Origin: Octopus bimaculoides
Taxonomy: Eukaryota
Length of the DNA: 64,000 nucleotides
Assembly (NCBI RefSeq): GCF_001194135.2
Contig: NC_068982.1
Location: 21,781,973-21,845,972, forward strand
Direction: 5' to 3'
The notes below the pieces were generated by a model. That model saw nothing but the letters and a program-made list of their open reading frames with translations, had not been told where the DNA came from and did not search any database. This document shows, in pieces, positions 37,868 through 52,325 of the stretch; positions within the stretch are counted from its first letter, which is position 1, and every line of letters starts with the position of its first letter. A program made the position numbers and the translations under genes.

Positions 37868-38548
37868 TTGGAGAGTCCAAAATTATACGAACTTTTGTTG
37901 TTATTTTTTCAATGTATTTTCACAAAAGCAGGGGATAAACAACTACGTCATTTTTCTATATAGTCTCTCTCCTTTTCGCTTCAGCTGGTCAAGCTTGCAT
38001 ATTCCCTCCAAGGAGAAGGTCTTCGGTTGCTCGTGAAACCACATATAAATGGCTTCCTTCACATCTTCATACGTAGGAAATCGGCGACCTCGTACACTAT
38101 CTTTGATATGATAGTCGGAAGGGGCCGATATGTGGGTAGTAGGTAGGGTGTTCCAGCACCTCACAAACCAATTGCTTAAGGGTTTCACTGGTATGAGCGA
38201 CCGTGTGTGGGCGTGCATAGTTATGCAACAACAAAACTTTCTTCGACAACAGGCTTCGGCATTTGCAGCAGATTTCTTGTCTCAATTTGTTGGCTAGCTG
38301 AGCATTCTATCTTACACCCCTTTTCCAGAGAAATTGGATCACTGCTTTTTGTTTTTCTTTGGTGTACATTGCTAGTGAAGCGATCATGCTTACACTGTAA
38401 AGCCAGAGGGGAAAATGGCGCGATTAGGCTCAAACTTCCATCACGTGACCACAATAATACCAGCTATAAGTTCGCATGTGCAGGAGGCAGTGTGACAGTA
38501 ATAAAGATGTTTTGGTGAGAGCACAGATAATCTTTTGACTTCCTCTCG
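37868..38548 (-). mobile_element. Internally deleted mariner (transposase C-terminal half, frameshifted)
   Basis: ORF pieces RSLLSKKVLLLHNYARPHTVAHTSETLKQLVCEVLEHPTY / SAPSDYH..RGRRFPTYEDVKEAIYMWFHEQPKTF match the mariner HDNARPH..HPPYSPDLAPSDY region; terminus ...TTTTGACTTCCTCTCG followed by TA at 38549-50. Confidence 0.85.
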
Positions 38549-39429
38549 TATATATACGTGTGTGGGTGCATGTAAAGTCGGTGCTCTAGCATGGCCGCAG
38601 TCAAATGACTGAAACAAGTAAAAAAAATAAAAGAATGTATAAAGAAACGCGGGCGACCGTTTGTCTGCATCGTGTATAATGCGCAGTATGCATTTTCACA
38701 GTTTCTGTCTACCAAATTCCACCCATAAGGCATTGAAGGGCTTGGGGGCTTATAATGCAAAATACTAACGAAAGATGCCACGCGTTAATATTGAACTTGA
38801 AAAGAGATGCTTGTGAATCAAACATATTAACCACAGAGCCATGAATACTTTCGTGAATTATGCTCGATTAAAATGAATTAAGGTGTACCCTGTTAAGTTC
38901 ACGTGTGTTTTCTTCTTGCTCTTGTGCTCGCGTTTGTGTACATATGTATCTGGGTGTACATGTGAGTGTATGTGCGTCCGTGATTCAATATTCCCACTCT
39001 GCATGATGCTGATTCAGTTATTTCCTATCCTTACAATTGAAAATTTTACAAATTTATTCTGTAAGGTTAGTAAATCTGATCAGTGCATTAATATCAAGGA
39101 AGAAATATTGGAAACATTGACGCCAACCAAACAGAATCATGGTAGTATCTACCTTTTTACAGCTCTGTTTCGTTTGCTTCGCTGTTGATGCCATATCATG
39201 ATTTTCTTCTATATTCCGTATCTTTTGGTTTTGTTTCTCTTCAATGCGTTTTTGCATCACCTGCTATCTTTGTTGAGGCTTGTCTTATCTCAAGATGTAT
39301 TAGATATTTACCTAACCAAATTCTTAATATATTGGTAGGTGTATAGATCTTTTTTTTTATGTACGTAATCTCTTTAAATATGAATCTTTATTCTCACTCA
39401 TGCACGATCTGCAACAAAAGAAACTCAAA

Positions 39430-40260
39430 AATATATTATCAGCTGATTTCAGCACTTTGCAAAAATATTAAGCCAAATATCAAGTAATAAGTTACCCCTG
39501 ATGTGTAAATAAAGAATATCCCTAGCGAGTCACAAGTGCAATAAGTTGCATCGCAAATCTAACGCCAAAACAGTGACATTTGTAGAAAAAATGTTCGCAC
39601 CATAACAAGGGCTAATGTTGAAGAGTCGTTCAACAAAATTAATAAATAATTAAAATACCAAGAAAACGAATCTAACTTCAGGATCGATGAACTAAAAATG
39701 TTTAACAAAAGCAGTTATCTTCAGGACAAAAACAACGTTTCGGGCTGGTAATATGTAAACACAATTTTCTACATCGGCATGACAGAGAGCAATTTTATAA
39801 ACCGATTTCCCAATCATGGATCCACCAATAGGAAAGAGGAAAATATAATTCTTATAGTATTATGCAGTCATGAATGAACTGATGGATTTTACTCATTTTG
39901 TTTTTGACTGCTAATCACTAAACACATCACACGTTGTATGTTTGTATACAAAGAGAATCAAACAAAGCACTATAGAGAAATTTCATCTAATAACAAAACA
40001 AACCAATACCCTAAACAAAAGAATTGAAACAAGATCGAAATTTCATAAAAATGATTTTTACCAGACCAATTACAACACCAAAATAGAACTTTTAATGTGT
40101 ATATTGGAAGTAAACAACACAGCCAAGTGGAAGTTTAGAATGAGCTATCCCGTGGCACTGGAAACCAACAACAATTCTGCAGGCAGTTCAAAAGTTCTTG
40201 GCTGGAATGTCGTCTGATGACTGCCTCGCCTTCACAAAATTTCAACGAACAGAAAAACAA
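39430..40260 (+). mobile_element. Decayed Penelope-like element 3' end (GIY-YIG endonuclease)
   Basis: FYIGMTESNFINRFPNH from 39767, a frameshifted C-x-x-C-x-x-E-K-like stretch, LNKRIETRSKFHKNDF from 40011 (compare the recalled LNKRSELISKCRH-x-NKF), and a CTGATGA relic at 40214-20. Confidence 0.65.
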
Positions 40261-40390
40261 ACGAGTTATGTCAATAATATACGTAATCTGTTAAACGTAT
40301 TAAATATTCTTTAATTTCTATACACAAACTTCAAAATAAAACTGCAATATATACGCACACATCTAACTGTCTAACAATATATGGATAGAT

Positions 40391-40431
<41 letters not shown>

Positions 40432-43400
40432 AGAGAGAAAGAAAGACAGGCAGACATACACATAGAGAGACAGACATACAAATAGACAGATAGATAGATA
40501 GATAGATAGATAGATATACGTACATATATCATTTAGCTTTGCAGGGCGTTTTCGCATGCCTGTCTCTCTCCTCGCGTGTACGGAATTCAGACTCTTGTGT
40601 GTGTCCTGCTGGATGTTTACAAGAATTATCACGACTATCGCCACACAGCCACTACTACATCCACGCATAACACCTGCAAAACTAACTTTCCATACGATGA
40701 GAAAATTATCGGTTACTCATCTGGGAATTGAGCTGCATTAATTTATAACTCCTGATCGCTCCATTTATCATTATTATTTTTCCCCAAACGCTTGTGTCAA
40801 TACTTCTTAATCGGCTAGGAGTTTATAACTTCATATCTTTTTCTCATGTTCCCGGCTGTCATATTTATTTCTCTTGATATTTTTGATTTTTTCCTTTGTT
40901 TTGTTTTTGTGTTTTGTGTGTGTAAACGTGAGGAGGATCCGTATTTGTTTTTCTTCTGTCTTCATTCAATATATAACCGAATACTTATTTGAAATCCTTG
41001 AATCTAATTAAATCTAATACAACTGAGTAGTATTTCAAGGAAACGTTTCGTTATTTGCTAGTAGTGTCTGAATTTCAAATCTGATGAGCGATTCACATTC
41101 GCTATATATATAAGGAAAATATAACTAAATGAAATTATATTGAAACTTAATATATAAATTTTAAGTTGTTTTTCTTTTTAAAATTACGTTTTTAAATTCG
41201 ATAGATATAATTTCATTTGGAGCGCAGATAGCATTTAAATTGGATAAAGTCTATTTCATATATTTATATAAATTAAATAAATATACAAGCCTGATACTCG
41301 ACATATCATATATAAATCACCGCTATGTTTGTTTCAATATTCGGATAACAAGATTGATCGTACTTATTTTGATTTTGCCGAGAGGAAGTCTGAGCTTGTG
41401 ATTTGGTTTAACTTAGAGATAGCTTTTCTGAAAATACTTTTTCCGATAACATAGTCAGTTTGCTGATGGTGTTTTCTAAATGGCTTTTAATTTTGTTATT
41501 CTTTTTGTCAGATATTCCTTGTCTAGTGACAGAGGAGAGGAAAAGTTATCCTCAAGCCAGAAACTTCACTTAAGTGAACTCTAGCAATGTTATCCAATAT
41601 ATCAGGTGGTGGTGCTTAATTGGACATTGAATTAAGTCTACCACCCTAGAAAGCCTTTGGTGGATTTTGAACTCATAACACAGGATCTCTGAAAGGTAAC
41701 GTAAGGCGTCTCGTCTGACTTTCTTACAGATCCACGAATCGCCTGCTTCAGAATTGTAATTTTAACCGATCCGATAAGATGTGAACATCTTTTAAGAAAC
41801 TTAAGCTTTTCAAGACTACCTAGTTTAGTTAAATGGAAACCATCGAAGTAAACTTTTACAGAAACACGGTGATAATATTAGTAACAAGTTGTCACGAAGA
41901 AGTCTCATATGGCCTCCTGGAAATAGCAGCCAAATATCCCTCAAACTTCAGGCTACTATCTTAAAAATGGACGAATGTACTGGAAAACGCAATGGCAGTC
42001 CTGGATATAACATAAAAAATGATTCTGGAATGGTCGAAGCTAAAGCGCTTGCTGGACTACACAGCAACAACATCAGAGCACTTGGTTTATCAATGTTGTC
42101 TCCTTCTTCATACTGTATGTTTGCTACGTTATTTAAATACTCAAAATAGTATTAACATGACAGTTGTTACATTCATGCATGCCAGACAACCCAGATTATC
42201 CACAAGCACACACAGACAGACCAACATCTCCAGTCAAATATACACAAGCAGACACACAAGCATTACAGGCCAGTTCTAAACATAGGGCGTATCTAACGCG
42301 CTATTGTCCGAACACGGCCATTGAGGAAAGAATTGCAAAAATGAAGATGGTAATAAGAATTATAGAGGCGGACGATTTACGGTATTAGTCATGGAGTGTA
42401 TATTGATAGACATAAACAAATACCAAAAATTAAAAGCAAGTTTTGGCGATGACATGAACCTACTAGGGTGGGAGAGAAGATACGATTGTCTACCACCTGT
42501 GATAGAATTTGAACAATCGAGACCATATTTTATATATTAAGTGATAAATGTTGGTATAAAAAAGAGGAAAAAAATATAGTTAAAATGGTACTACTCGAAA
42601 GTGGGGGTTCGAGTAGCCATTACACCTTCATCCATTATATAAATCCATTTTATTTATTCGGTATGTTTTATGCCCCCACTTGTACTGTATTGTCTGTCCT
42701 TGTACGTCCCCTCTATGTTGGCCCCTAATGGGTAATAAAAAATCAAGGTCTGTTACATTCATTCGGTCTTCATATGGTAAATAGTTGAAATGCTTTCAAA
42801 AACAAAAAGAAAAGGAAAATTATGAAAGAAAGCGATATCTTTTAAGCTCTCGGCATATGTAAGACTTAGTAAATATTTCAGTAAAACATGTACGAATGTA
42901 GTACAACATTCATTGAATACAAAGTAAAATATAACGACTATAAAGCTTTCTTAAAGTGGTACAAAGTGACAAATTTCTTAAAAATGGAGTATGGACGATT
43001 GAACTAAATACAGTATATGTGTGGTAAGACGGCTAATTGGTACAAAGTTTTGATGGGCGGTTCGAATCCTAGACGGTATTCTGTTTTTCTGCGCTATAAG
43101 TTTGAGGCCCAACGAGATAGACTTTCATCCTTTTGAGAGTCGACAAATAAATGTCTTGTCCAGGCCGGTGTACTGACGGAATTGCTACAGAGTTTGACTG
43201 GATACCTCACGCTACTGTTCGATTCATGCACTTCTAACAGCAACGAGAGTAACGACAGTGGTATTAAGTTGTATTAGCATTTGCTTTTCTAGTGTCAATG
43301 TCGACGATGTAGAAAGAAAACGAAACTTGCTTGCGTGGCCTTTACAAATCTTCCACAAAAAATAAACCTTGCTCATGACTGTAACTTGGAGAGAAATATT

Positions 43401-43484
43401 GCAGTGATTATCTAGAGCACCATGGAGCATACAGAAGATCCACATATGCATGGCTCTTATTTTATCATTTTCTTTTAGGCGGCG

Positions 43485-43840
43485 AGCTGGCAGAATTGTT
43501 AACACGCCTGACAAAATAATTAACAGCATCATTCCTGGCTTTTTACGTTCTGGGTTCAAATTTCACCGTGGTCGACTTTGCCTTTATCTTTTCATGTTCG
43601 ATTGTGTGAAAATTTCATCGTCTTCTTAATGATGCCAGGTCGGCAGTATCACCATAGCGTCACTTAATAGTTTGCAGCATTTGTCCTTGCTCTTTATTTA
43701 CTGGGTTCAAATACCACCGGGATTAACGCTGCCTTTCATCTTTTCGGGCTCGATCAAATAAAGTTCCAGTGAACGAATGCTTCTGATTGCATCGACTTAC
43801 CCCTTGTCCCCATAACTGCTGGCCTTGTGTCTAAATCTGC
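43485..43840 (+). mobile_element. Two SINE family A copies
   Basis: AGGCGGCGAGCTGGCAGAAT head with GGGTTCAAAT, plus a second more decayed copy. Confidence 0.75.
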
Positions 43841-44642
43841 ATTTATTGCATTTTTAAAGTGATGAATGATAAAGTCTAATGTGGAAGGACTTTAACTAAC
43901 AAGGTCGCAAAACGAAACAAACGCAGTAAAAGATATGTATATTATGAAACGAGTGTACATCTTTAAAACTCTTAACGAATAATATGAATAATAACTTTGT
44001 GCAGAATACCGAAGAATGAAATTCACCATAACATAGAGCACGCAGGGAATGCCTGGTAATGTTTTTCGTTTTTTATTTTTATTTTAGTGAACAAGTAAAA
44101 CAATGACTATTTAATTTTCCGCAGTGGATGTTGTTCAAAATATATATTAATGTTTTATAAAATCCATGCTTATGTACGAGAGATATGAAAAGCAGGTTAA
44201 TTATAGATCTCTTATATGCAAGTGCAATTAATAATTCCTATTTCAGGCGCAATGCCAAAAATATCTCCTTAGTTCAAATTCCGCGGCGATCAAATTTGCC
44301 TTTCATCCTCCCGGTATTGATAGATAAATTTACCAGTTCTTGACTGCTACGTGATTGATAATATTCATTATAATCTTCTTTATACCTCCCTACAAGATAT
44401 AAGGCCTTGTGCATGCGTAAAAAATCAATAGCTTGATACTCTTTTCTTGGTTACACTGCCATCTTTATTGCTCCTCGCCCATAGCACTGCATGACGCTGA
44501 CTTTTTAGCAAATACTACTTCAGGTAATATCAGTTAATTTTAGGGTGCTCTTTATGAATAGGAAATCCATTCTGCTTCATCACGTCTACGTTTTGACCTA
44601 CAAATTGAAAAGAAGAATTAAAACACAACAGTCCACAAAGAA

Positions 44643-44703
44643 CAGATCAATTACCAATTTGAGCAGATCAATTACCAATTTGAGCAGATCAATTACCGAT
44701 TTG
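44643..44703. repeat. 21-bp tandem repeat, about 3 units (CAGATCAATTACCAATTTGAG)
   Basis: Units start at 44643, 44664, 44685. Confidence 0.9.
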
Positions 44704-45626
44704 ATACTGCAAGTCACAATGACACCCGAAGCATACATTTAAATCGAAGTGTTCTAATAAACCTGATCTAATATGAGTTAATCTACTTTAACGGCTCGTT
44801 AAAGGTCATAGCAAAAAGAACAATCAAAACAATTCTTCAAAAACAAATTGGAACACTTGATGTTCTGCACGCTACATTACGTTTCTGCATATTTGGCATC
44901 TTGTAGATGAAAATCTAGATGCAATGGAGCAAACCTGACTTCGTGTCCAGAAAGAGCACCCTGAAGTTAACTAAAATTACTCTAATTATATCTTGCTAAC
45001 GAAAGTTTTATTTCATTTTGTCATGCAGTGTAAATAAGATTTTTGTTTTACAAGATCCAGGCAACATATTGGAGATGATTATAGTGGATTATATAATCCT
45101 TTGTATATAATGGTTCATATTTTATGAAACACAGGTGGATGATAGGCGAGTTGACCTCAGCAGGAGTCTAACTCGGAACTCAAATGAACAGGAAACTGAA
45201 TTATATAATGCAATTTTCTTGTGACATTAGTGATTTTACCATCTATTGCGCGTTTGTTCGTTTGTTTTCATTATTGTTTTTTTTTGTTTCCTTGCTTCCT
45301 TGTTTGCTCCAAAAGAAACTATGATTCTTGTTTACATTGTCACAATTCAGAGGACCCAATACCACGAAGGGCAAAGTCAGCTCGCCGTATTTAATTTCAT
45401 AATGATAAATTCTTCCTTTCTACCTATTTGACTACCCTTCTTTAAAATGTCTGACAAATTATCATGAGTCATTTCTTCCGAACCTGTGATTTCAGATTCC
45501 ACCAGAGTTCACTTAGACATTCACCCTTCCTGGTCGATAAAATAAAGTCCCTTTCATGTAGTGATATCTGTATAATTGACTGTTTTCTCAAATCAAAATT
45601 TCTTGTACACTTATTAGAAATTATTA

Positions 45627-46290
45627 AGGCAGTGAGCTAGCACACTCGGTAGCGCGTCGGACAAAATACTCAGCACCGTTGCTTCCGACGAGCTGACAGA
45701 ATCGTTAGCACGCCGGGGGAAATGCTTAGTTGTATTTCGTCTGCCGTTATGTTCTGAGTTCAAATTCTGCCGAGGTCGACTTTGCTTTTCATCGTTTCGG
45801 GGTCGATAAATTAAGTACCAGTTATGCACTGGGGTCGATGTAATTGACTTAATCCCTTTGTCTGTCCTTGTTTGTCCCCTCTGTGTTTAGCCCCTTGTGG
45901 GCAATAAAGAAATAAGCATTACTTCCGACGCTTTTCTTTGAGGCCAGCTTGGGCTGTCACCCTTTCGAGGTTGATAAAATAAAGCACGAGTCAAGGACAG
46001 GGGTCGATGTAAACGACTGCTCCCTACAACCCAAATTTTAGGCCTTGTACCTGTAGTTGAAAGGAATATTCTTATAATTAAAACTGTGAATTGACAGACA
46101 CTGTAGAACATCGAAGAAAATGATTAGCGTTATTTCTTCTTAGTCATTACAAATTTGAGTTCAGATTCTGCTAGGACCAACCTTGCTTCTAACCATTTCG
46201 TGGTCTATAAATAAGTATCAGTTGAGCGCTGGGAGTTGATACAGTCCACAAACCCACTCTCCTTAAAACTACTGGCTCCTGTGCCAATAT
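45627..46290 (+). mobile_element. SINE family A cluster (double head, tail type 2, then two tail type 1 copies)
   Basis: Heads near 45627 and 45688; tail GGGCAATAAAGAAATAAG at about 45915; further bodies up to about 46290. Confidence 0.8.
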
Positions 46291-46839
46291 CTGATTAGCA
46301 TAAACATAGTTTCACATTTTTTTGAAGAGTACGGATTGACAATAATATGATTGATTGGTACCTTATTTCCTCGAACTCAAGAAGCATAAAAATAAAACTT
46401 GACCCTGGTGGGATTCGCACCCATGTCACAATGAACTTTAACTAGATGCTGCAAAGTATTTTGTCATTCTCACTACAAATAAAACCATATTCACGCGAAT
46501 GTATATGAAACGGCACAAAGTAGATTGTGATGTCACATGAGTTGGTGGCGAATGTTCACGCGTAAAGAATGGGTGTGCAGCGAGATATTCAAAACACACA
46601 ATTCATGTAGACTATTTGAAACATACCTGCATTGATTGTTGCCATTTCAATCACGCAAAAGATGAATGAAGTCACAACTATCCTTCGATCATATAGTTGT
46701 TCGATCAACTTTTCTTACTATTAATTACTAATGGCACTCGTGAAGAATGTACTATTTAAAAATGTTATTTTCATGCACCAGGTTAAAGGTCTCCCCAGTT
46801 TTATTTCTTTATTCTAAAGACAGTGTGTCTACTCTCTTC

Positions 46840-47300
46840 GTAAGGATTGCACTAATCAGTCTATTCGTTAAAACTAGAGTTTTCAGAGCCCCTATGGGAA
46901 CAGTGCTTCCTAATAGTTCAGTCATTAATCCTAACATCTGCGCTGACAAGGAAGTTTGATGGTTACTACATCCGTTCCACGCGTACTGCTCTTAATATCT
47001 CTTGGCAGTCGCACTCAATTAGCAAGATCTTATGTAGGCCTCTTCCGAAAACTTCAGCTGTCATAAGAAAGCATCGTCTAGCTCTTGCTAGACACAATGT
47101 AATGAGACACAATGAAACTGTTGCGAGTGTTCTATTATGGTCCCCCGTTGTCACGCGTAGACGTGGTCACCCGAACCTGACCTTCAAGAAAATCATTGAA
47201 GAAGACGTTGGACTACATGGTGGTGTCTTTACGAACGCAGTGCAACACCGTGATGCATGGAGGAACCTTACACTGTAACCAATTCGTGCTGGATGTTTAA
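46840..47300 (+). mobile_element. RTE-clade LINE 3' remnant
   Basis: Frame from 46943: LTRKFDGYYIRSTRTALNISWQSH...VIRKHRLALARH...VLLWSP...RRRGHPNLTFKKIIEED...HRDAWR* (TAA at 47276-78); upstream RVFRAPMGTVL. Confidence 0.85.
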
Positions 47301-47659
47301 AATATCTTCAAGATTTAATTCATGTTTTCGATTTCGTTTCGTAATCAAGGTTGTTTGAGATATCCCGGTTATCTCAGAATTATATTTATTAAACATTTTT
47401 TTCTGTTTCATAAAAGTTTATTTCAGAAGAGATTCAAATAAATCAGAAAACNNNNNNNNNNNNNNNNNNNNNNNNNNNNNNNNNNNNNNNNNNNNNNNNN
47501 NNNNNNNNNNNNNNNNNNNNNNNNNNNNGTCTCCTATAAATTCGTATAAAAATATTTCTTTTCCGGTAGGATCACCTCACTACCTACAGGCGTCAAGATT
47601 TTCCTAGTGAAGAAAAGATACTCAGGATATATCTAAAAATCACATTTATTCTTTTTATT

Positions 47660-47945
47660 ATGCGCCCTTTTAAAGCCTAGCCAGGCGCATGAACCCGGTT
47701 TCTATGGCGTATGTTTTCTCCCCAGCTGGACGGGACGCCAGTCCATCGCAGCGTTACTCAAGAAACAGTGAGAGAAAGTTGGGGTGAAAGAGTACAACAG
47801 GAGTCGCCACCACCCTTGCCGGAGCCTCGTGGAGCTTTTTAGGTGTTTTCGCTCAATAAACACACACAACGCCCGATCTGGGAATCGAAACCGCGATCCT
47901 CCGACAGCGAATCCGCTGCCATAACCACTGGTCCATTGCGCCTCC
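47660..47945 (-). mobile_element. SINE family C, full length (tRNA head; internal GATGGACTGGCGTCCCGTCCAG resembling the V-SINE domain)
   Basis: Minus-strand head GGAGGCGCAATGGACCAGTGGTT...GGTTTCGATTCCC; 12-bp TSD AAAAATCACATT at 47635-46 and 47948-59. The V-domain assignment is from memory. Confidence 0.8.
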
Positions 47946-49165
47946 ACAAAAATCACATTAAGTTGCATAAAACACAAAAATGACTTAAACTGCATTTGCG
48001 TATAATTAACCTGTTTAACACTGATTCTCGCGCGAACCAGTCAAACCCTCGAATGATATTAGGCTTATAAGAAACCCGGGATGAGTAACACAAATTTGAA
48101 AAGGGATGCTTCAATGCGCCAATTAATAATACAGGTTATTATTTTTCACAGATTATTATTTTCCCCATCAACACGATAGCATAATAAAAGGTGGATGGGT
48201 TTACTCAATTTCTTTGGCAATCCTTCACTTCCAGCTGCCGGCTGGATGATATTTTATCAACTATAAATTAATTAAAAGGAAATGTCAACCTTGTGGGGAT
48301 TTGAACTCTATATATGAATTAATAATAACCAAATAGCAAACGGCATTTTCACGATATTCTACCAATTCTGTCATAATAAATACGAGGAGGAAGGCAAACA
48401 GATGAAGAGCAAGCAGACATACAACATATAATATACTATATATATATATGCACACAAGAATACATATATACTCATATACACACATATATGTCTAATGTAT
48501 GTATACATGATTTACTATTTTCATGCAAGTGGTTAAACTTAAAAATAGACAGCATCTAACTGCTTTGTTACGCGGTTTTTCTCCGTCTTCCATCTTCTCC
48601 TTCCATCTCACCACTCTTATATTCACATGTAACAATATTGATTAAGCAAAACTACCCATTGATCTTTTACTGTAGCTAACCGATTATGTCTGCTGCATGT
48701 CATCGATCCATCTACTCTACACGCTTGAAAATATATGCCAATCAATTCTTCAGGAAGAAATATGCCTAAAATACAACTGATTTTGCCTATTTAGCTATCC
48801 ATGCGTATATCGACGTTTCTGGATGGAAGTGCTGGTAGTGGTGGGGTGTTTACAGGCTTCTATATATATAATGTTTGTATGAGGGCGACGTTGAATATGT
48901 GTATGTGCGCATGTGTGATGTTGAGTGTGTGTATATGATTCTGTCGGTGAATATTCGTGTGTTTGACGGGGAATATGTTTGTGACGTTTTGAGATATGAC
49001 GATGCATATTTGTAATGAGTATTCTCTGTATATTTCTATGCGTTTGGGTTTTCACATACAAGACATACACACATATGAGCATATATATCCGTGCTTGGTT
49101 ACGTTTTATCAATATGCCACCGATTGATGTGTGGGTGTGAGAGTGATTGTGTATGTGTGTATCTA

Positions 49166-49257
<92 letters not shown>

Positions 49258-50072
49258 GAGAGATAGAGACAGATAGTCAGACAGAGAGTACTATGAAAAA
49301 TATATTTCGCATCGTTATACAATCAGCTCGCCTGAATCATAATCGCCGTCAAGTCACAGATATTCTCATTCTTACGCATGCACACAATCTCTGACACACA
49401 CACATACACAAGCATTCAGTGTCAAAATCTTCCTTGCAGAAATTAATAAATATGTACTCTACTAAGATGTATTGAGCAATCCTTCGGTTCGATGTTACAT
49501 TGTTTATAAAAATAACTTCACAGAAAGCACACACATACATATGTACGTGAATATCCTTATTTATGCATATTGTACAGATATATATGATCTAATATATATT
49601 GTCCGTGGTGGAAGATACTTCATACATTTTACACCTTTGAATAATACTCGTTTCACGGAGGATGGACAAATCATAGAAACAGTAGTTTCTGTGATCTGGC
49701 CCTTCAAGTTACTGAATGGTATACACATGATAGTGCGATTTCCCCTAACACGTAAACTATATTGCATCATCATACCGCTTATTCAACCAGGTGAAAAGAT
49801 CCTGAGAATATAATGGAAAATTACTTCTCGGTTCTGTATAAAATCAGGACAATCATATCATTTTCGTTGATTATAACGTTAGGATCAGACCAGTCTGCAA
49901 AACATGAGCGGCTTTCGTTGGAAGCTATGGAATCATAGAGTGGAACTGTAGTACAAGAACAGTAGCATTTAGTTGCTCAGTGTATGAGATAGAACACAGC
50001 CTGCTTATATTAGTATTGTTACCCCCTAGCCAACATAAGATACTATGGATGTGCAACTAATCTAAATATTGG

Positions 50073-50275
50073 TTTGAAATTTTGGAACATGGCCAACAAT
50101 GCTGGGGGTGGGAGTGAGTCGATTGTATCGAACCTAGTGCTCAAATGATATTTATGCGAAGATGAAAGGTAAAGTAGACCTCGGCAGAATTTGATCTCAG
50201 AACATGAAGATGGACGAGAAATGCTGCTAAGCATTTTGCCCGGCATGCTAGCGATTCTGCCAGCGCACTGCCGTA
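50073..50275 (-). mobile_element. SINE family A
   Basis: Typical body; TSD TCTAAATATTGG at 50061-72 and 50281-92. Confidence 0.85.
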
Positions 50276-50746
50276 CCTACTCTAAATATTGGCATCATGT
50301 AGATTATGGTATAGTAAGGAAGAGTAAAAATAATGGTGTGAGGATAATCAAGACCATCTGCTACGCTGACTATAAAATACAGCGTATCCCAGAATAATAT
50401 CCGTATTCAGCCCAGGACATTCTCATAGCGAAAGCTGTCTAGGAACTTTATCATCAGCAAATTGCGCTTAGCGTGTGTTAAACAGAAAGTGAGGTTCTTA
50501 GAGAATTTGAAATCTCTGAATTCTGTTTAACATTAAAAGGAAAGTCTGAGTAGATTTTTAAAAGCTATTCAGTTTCTCAGCGTGTATAAGTTAGCCTTTA
50601 GAGGAGTATTGTTCTTGTATGCGCACAATAGCAGATGCAGATTTCGAATCCCACAAACAACAATTATTTTTCATTTTGTATCAGAAGCATATAAAATCCG
50701 TTAAAACCTGATAAAAGCGTTACTAGTATGTGATCGTCACTATATA

Positions 50747-50903
50747 GGGTCAGACATGGCTAACCACATGGTTCTAGGTTCCCAAACCACATGGTTCTGG
50801 GTCCAGCCCGACTGCGTGGAATCTTAGACAAGTGTCTTCTGTTATAGCCCCGGGCCGACTAAAGCCTTGTGAGTGGATTTGGTAAACGGAAACTGAATGA
50901 AGC

Positions 50904-50938
<35 letters not shown>

Positions 50939-50940
50939 CT
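50747..50940 (+). mobile_element. SINE family B, 5' half with a short head duplication
   Basis: AACCACATGGTTCT occurs twice, then the CORE-like block and (TG)n. Confidence 0.8.
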
Positions 50941-51111
50941 ATGTGTGTGTGTGTATCATTGTGTCTGTGGTATGTATGTATTTCAAGATTTCTAGCCAAT
51001 AGAGAAAGAGCCGGTTTCTAAACTAGATCCAGGGTTCCTTCATGGGATTTTTAACATCAACAACAGAATATTTTTATATCTATGTAATAATATAAATAAT
51101 GTATATATGCA

Positions 51112-51280
51112 TATGTTGGTACTCCGTCGGTTACGACGACGAGTGTTCCAGTTGATCCGATCAACGGTACAGACACGTGTACCATTAACGTAGTTCTTGG
51201 GGAGATTCAGCGTGACACAGAGTGTGACAAGGCTAGCCCTTTAAAATACAGGTACAACAGAAACAGAAATACAGAGTTAT
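51112..51280 (-). mobile_element. SINE family E, 3' portion
   Basis: Repeat-like block ending ...CGTCGTCGTAACCGACGGAGTACC on the minus strand; only one copy here, so the family assignment is from recall. Confidence 0.5.
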
Positions 51281-51896
51281 GTATGTATGTATATATATAT
51301 ATANNNNNNNNNNNNNNNNNNNNNNNNNNNNNNNNNNNNNNNNNNNNNNNNNNNNNNNNNNNNNNNNNNNNNNNNNNNNNNNNNNNNNNNNNNNNNNNNN
51401 NNNNNNNNNNNNNNNNNNNNNNNNNNNNNNNNNNNNNNNNNNNNNNNNNNNNNNNNNNNNNNNNNNNNNNNNNNNNNNNNNNNNNNNNNNNNNNNNNNNN
51501 NNNNNNNNNNNNNNNNNNNNNNNNNNNNNNNNNNNNNNNNNNNNNNNNNNNNNNNNNNNNNNNNNNNNNNNNNNNNNNNNNNNNNNNNNNNNNNNNNNNN
51601 NNNNNNNNNNNNNNNNNNNNNNNNNNNNNNNNNNNNNNNNNNNNNNNNNNNNNNNNNNNNNNNNNNNNNNNNNNNNNNNNNNNNNNNNNNNNNNNNNNNN
51701 NNNNNNNNNNNNNNNNNNNNNNNNNNNNNNNNNNNNNNNNNNNNNNNNNNNNNNNNNNNNNNNNNNNNNNNNNNNNNNNNNNNNNNNNNNNNNNNNNNNN
51801 NNNNNNNNNNNNNNNNNNNNNNNNNNNNNNNNNNNNNNNNNNNNNNNNNNNNNNNNNNNNNNNNNNNNNNNNNNNNNNNNNNNNNNNNNNNNNNNN

Positions 51897-52325
51897 TCCA
51901 AACCAGATGGTTTCCGGTTCAGTCCTCCTGCGTGGCACCTCGGGCAAGTGTCTTCTAATATAGCCTCGGGCCGACCAAAGCCTTGTGAACGGATTTGCTA
52001 CACGGAAACTGAAAGAAGCCCGTCGTGTGTACATTTATATATATGTATGTGTGTATGCGTGTGTGTGTGTGAGTGTGTGTGTGAGTGTGTATGTGTATAT
52101 ATGTATGTATGTGTGTGTATATGTATGTGTGTATATATGTATGTGTGTGTATGTGCCTTGACAACCGATGCTGGTGCGTTTACGTCCCTGTAACTTAGCG
52201 GTTGTGCAAAAGCGGCCGACAGAATAAGTACTAGGCTTACAAAGAATAATTCCTGGGGTCGATTTCTTCAACTAAAGGCGGTGCTCCAGCGCGACCGCAG
52301 TCAAATGACTGAAAAAAAGTAAAAG
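51897..52325 (+). mobile_element. SINE family B
   Basis: Head, microsatellite and tail as in other copies. Confidence 0.85.

Noticed and set aside
42594-42620. 9-bp inverted repeat CTACTCGAA / TTCGAGTAG
   Set aside because: Too short to exceed chance expectation in 64 kb.
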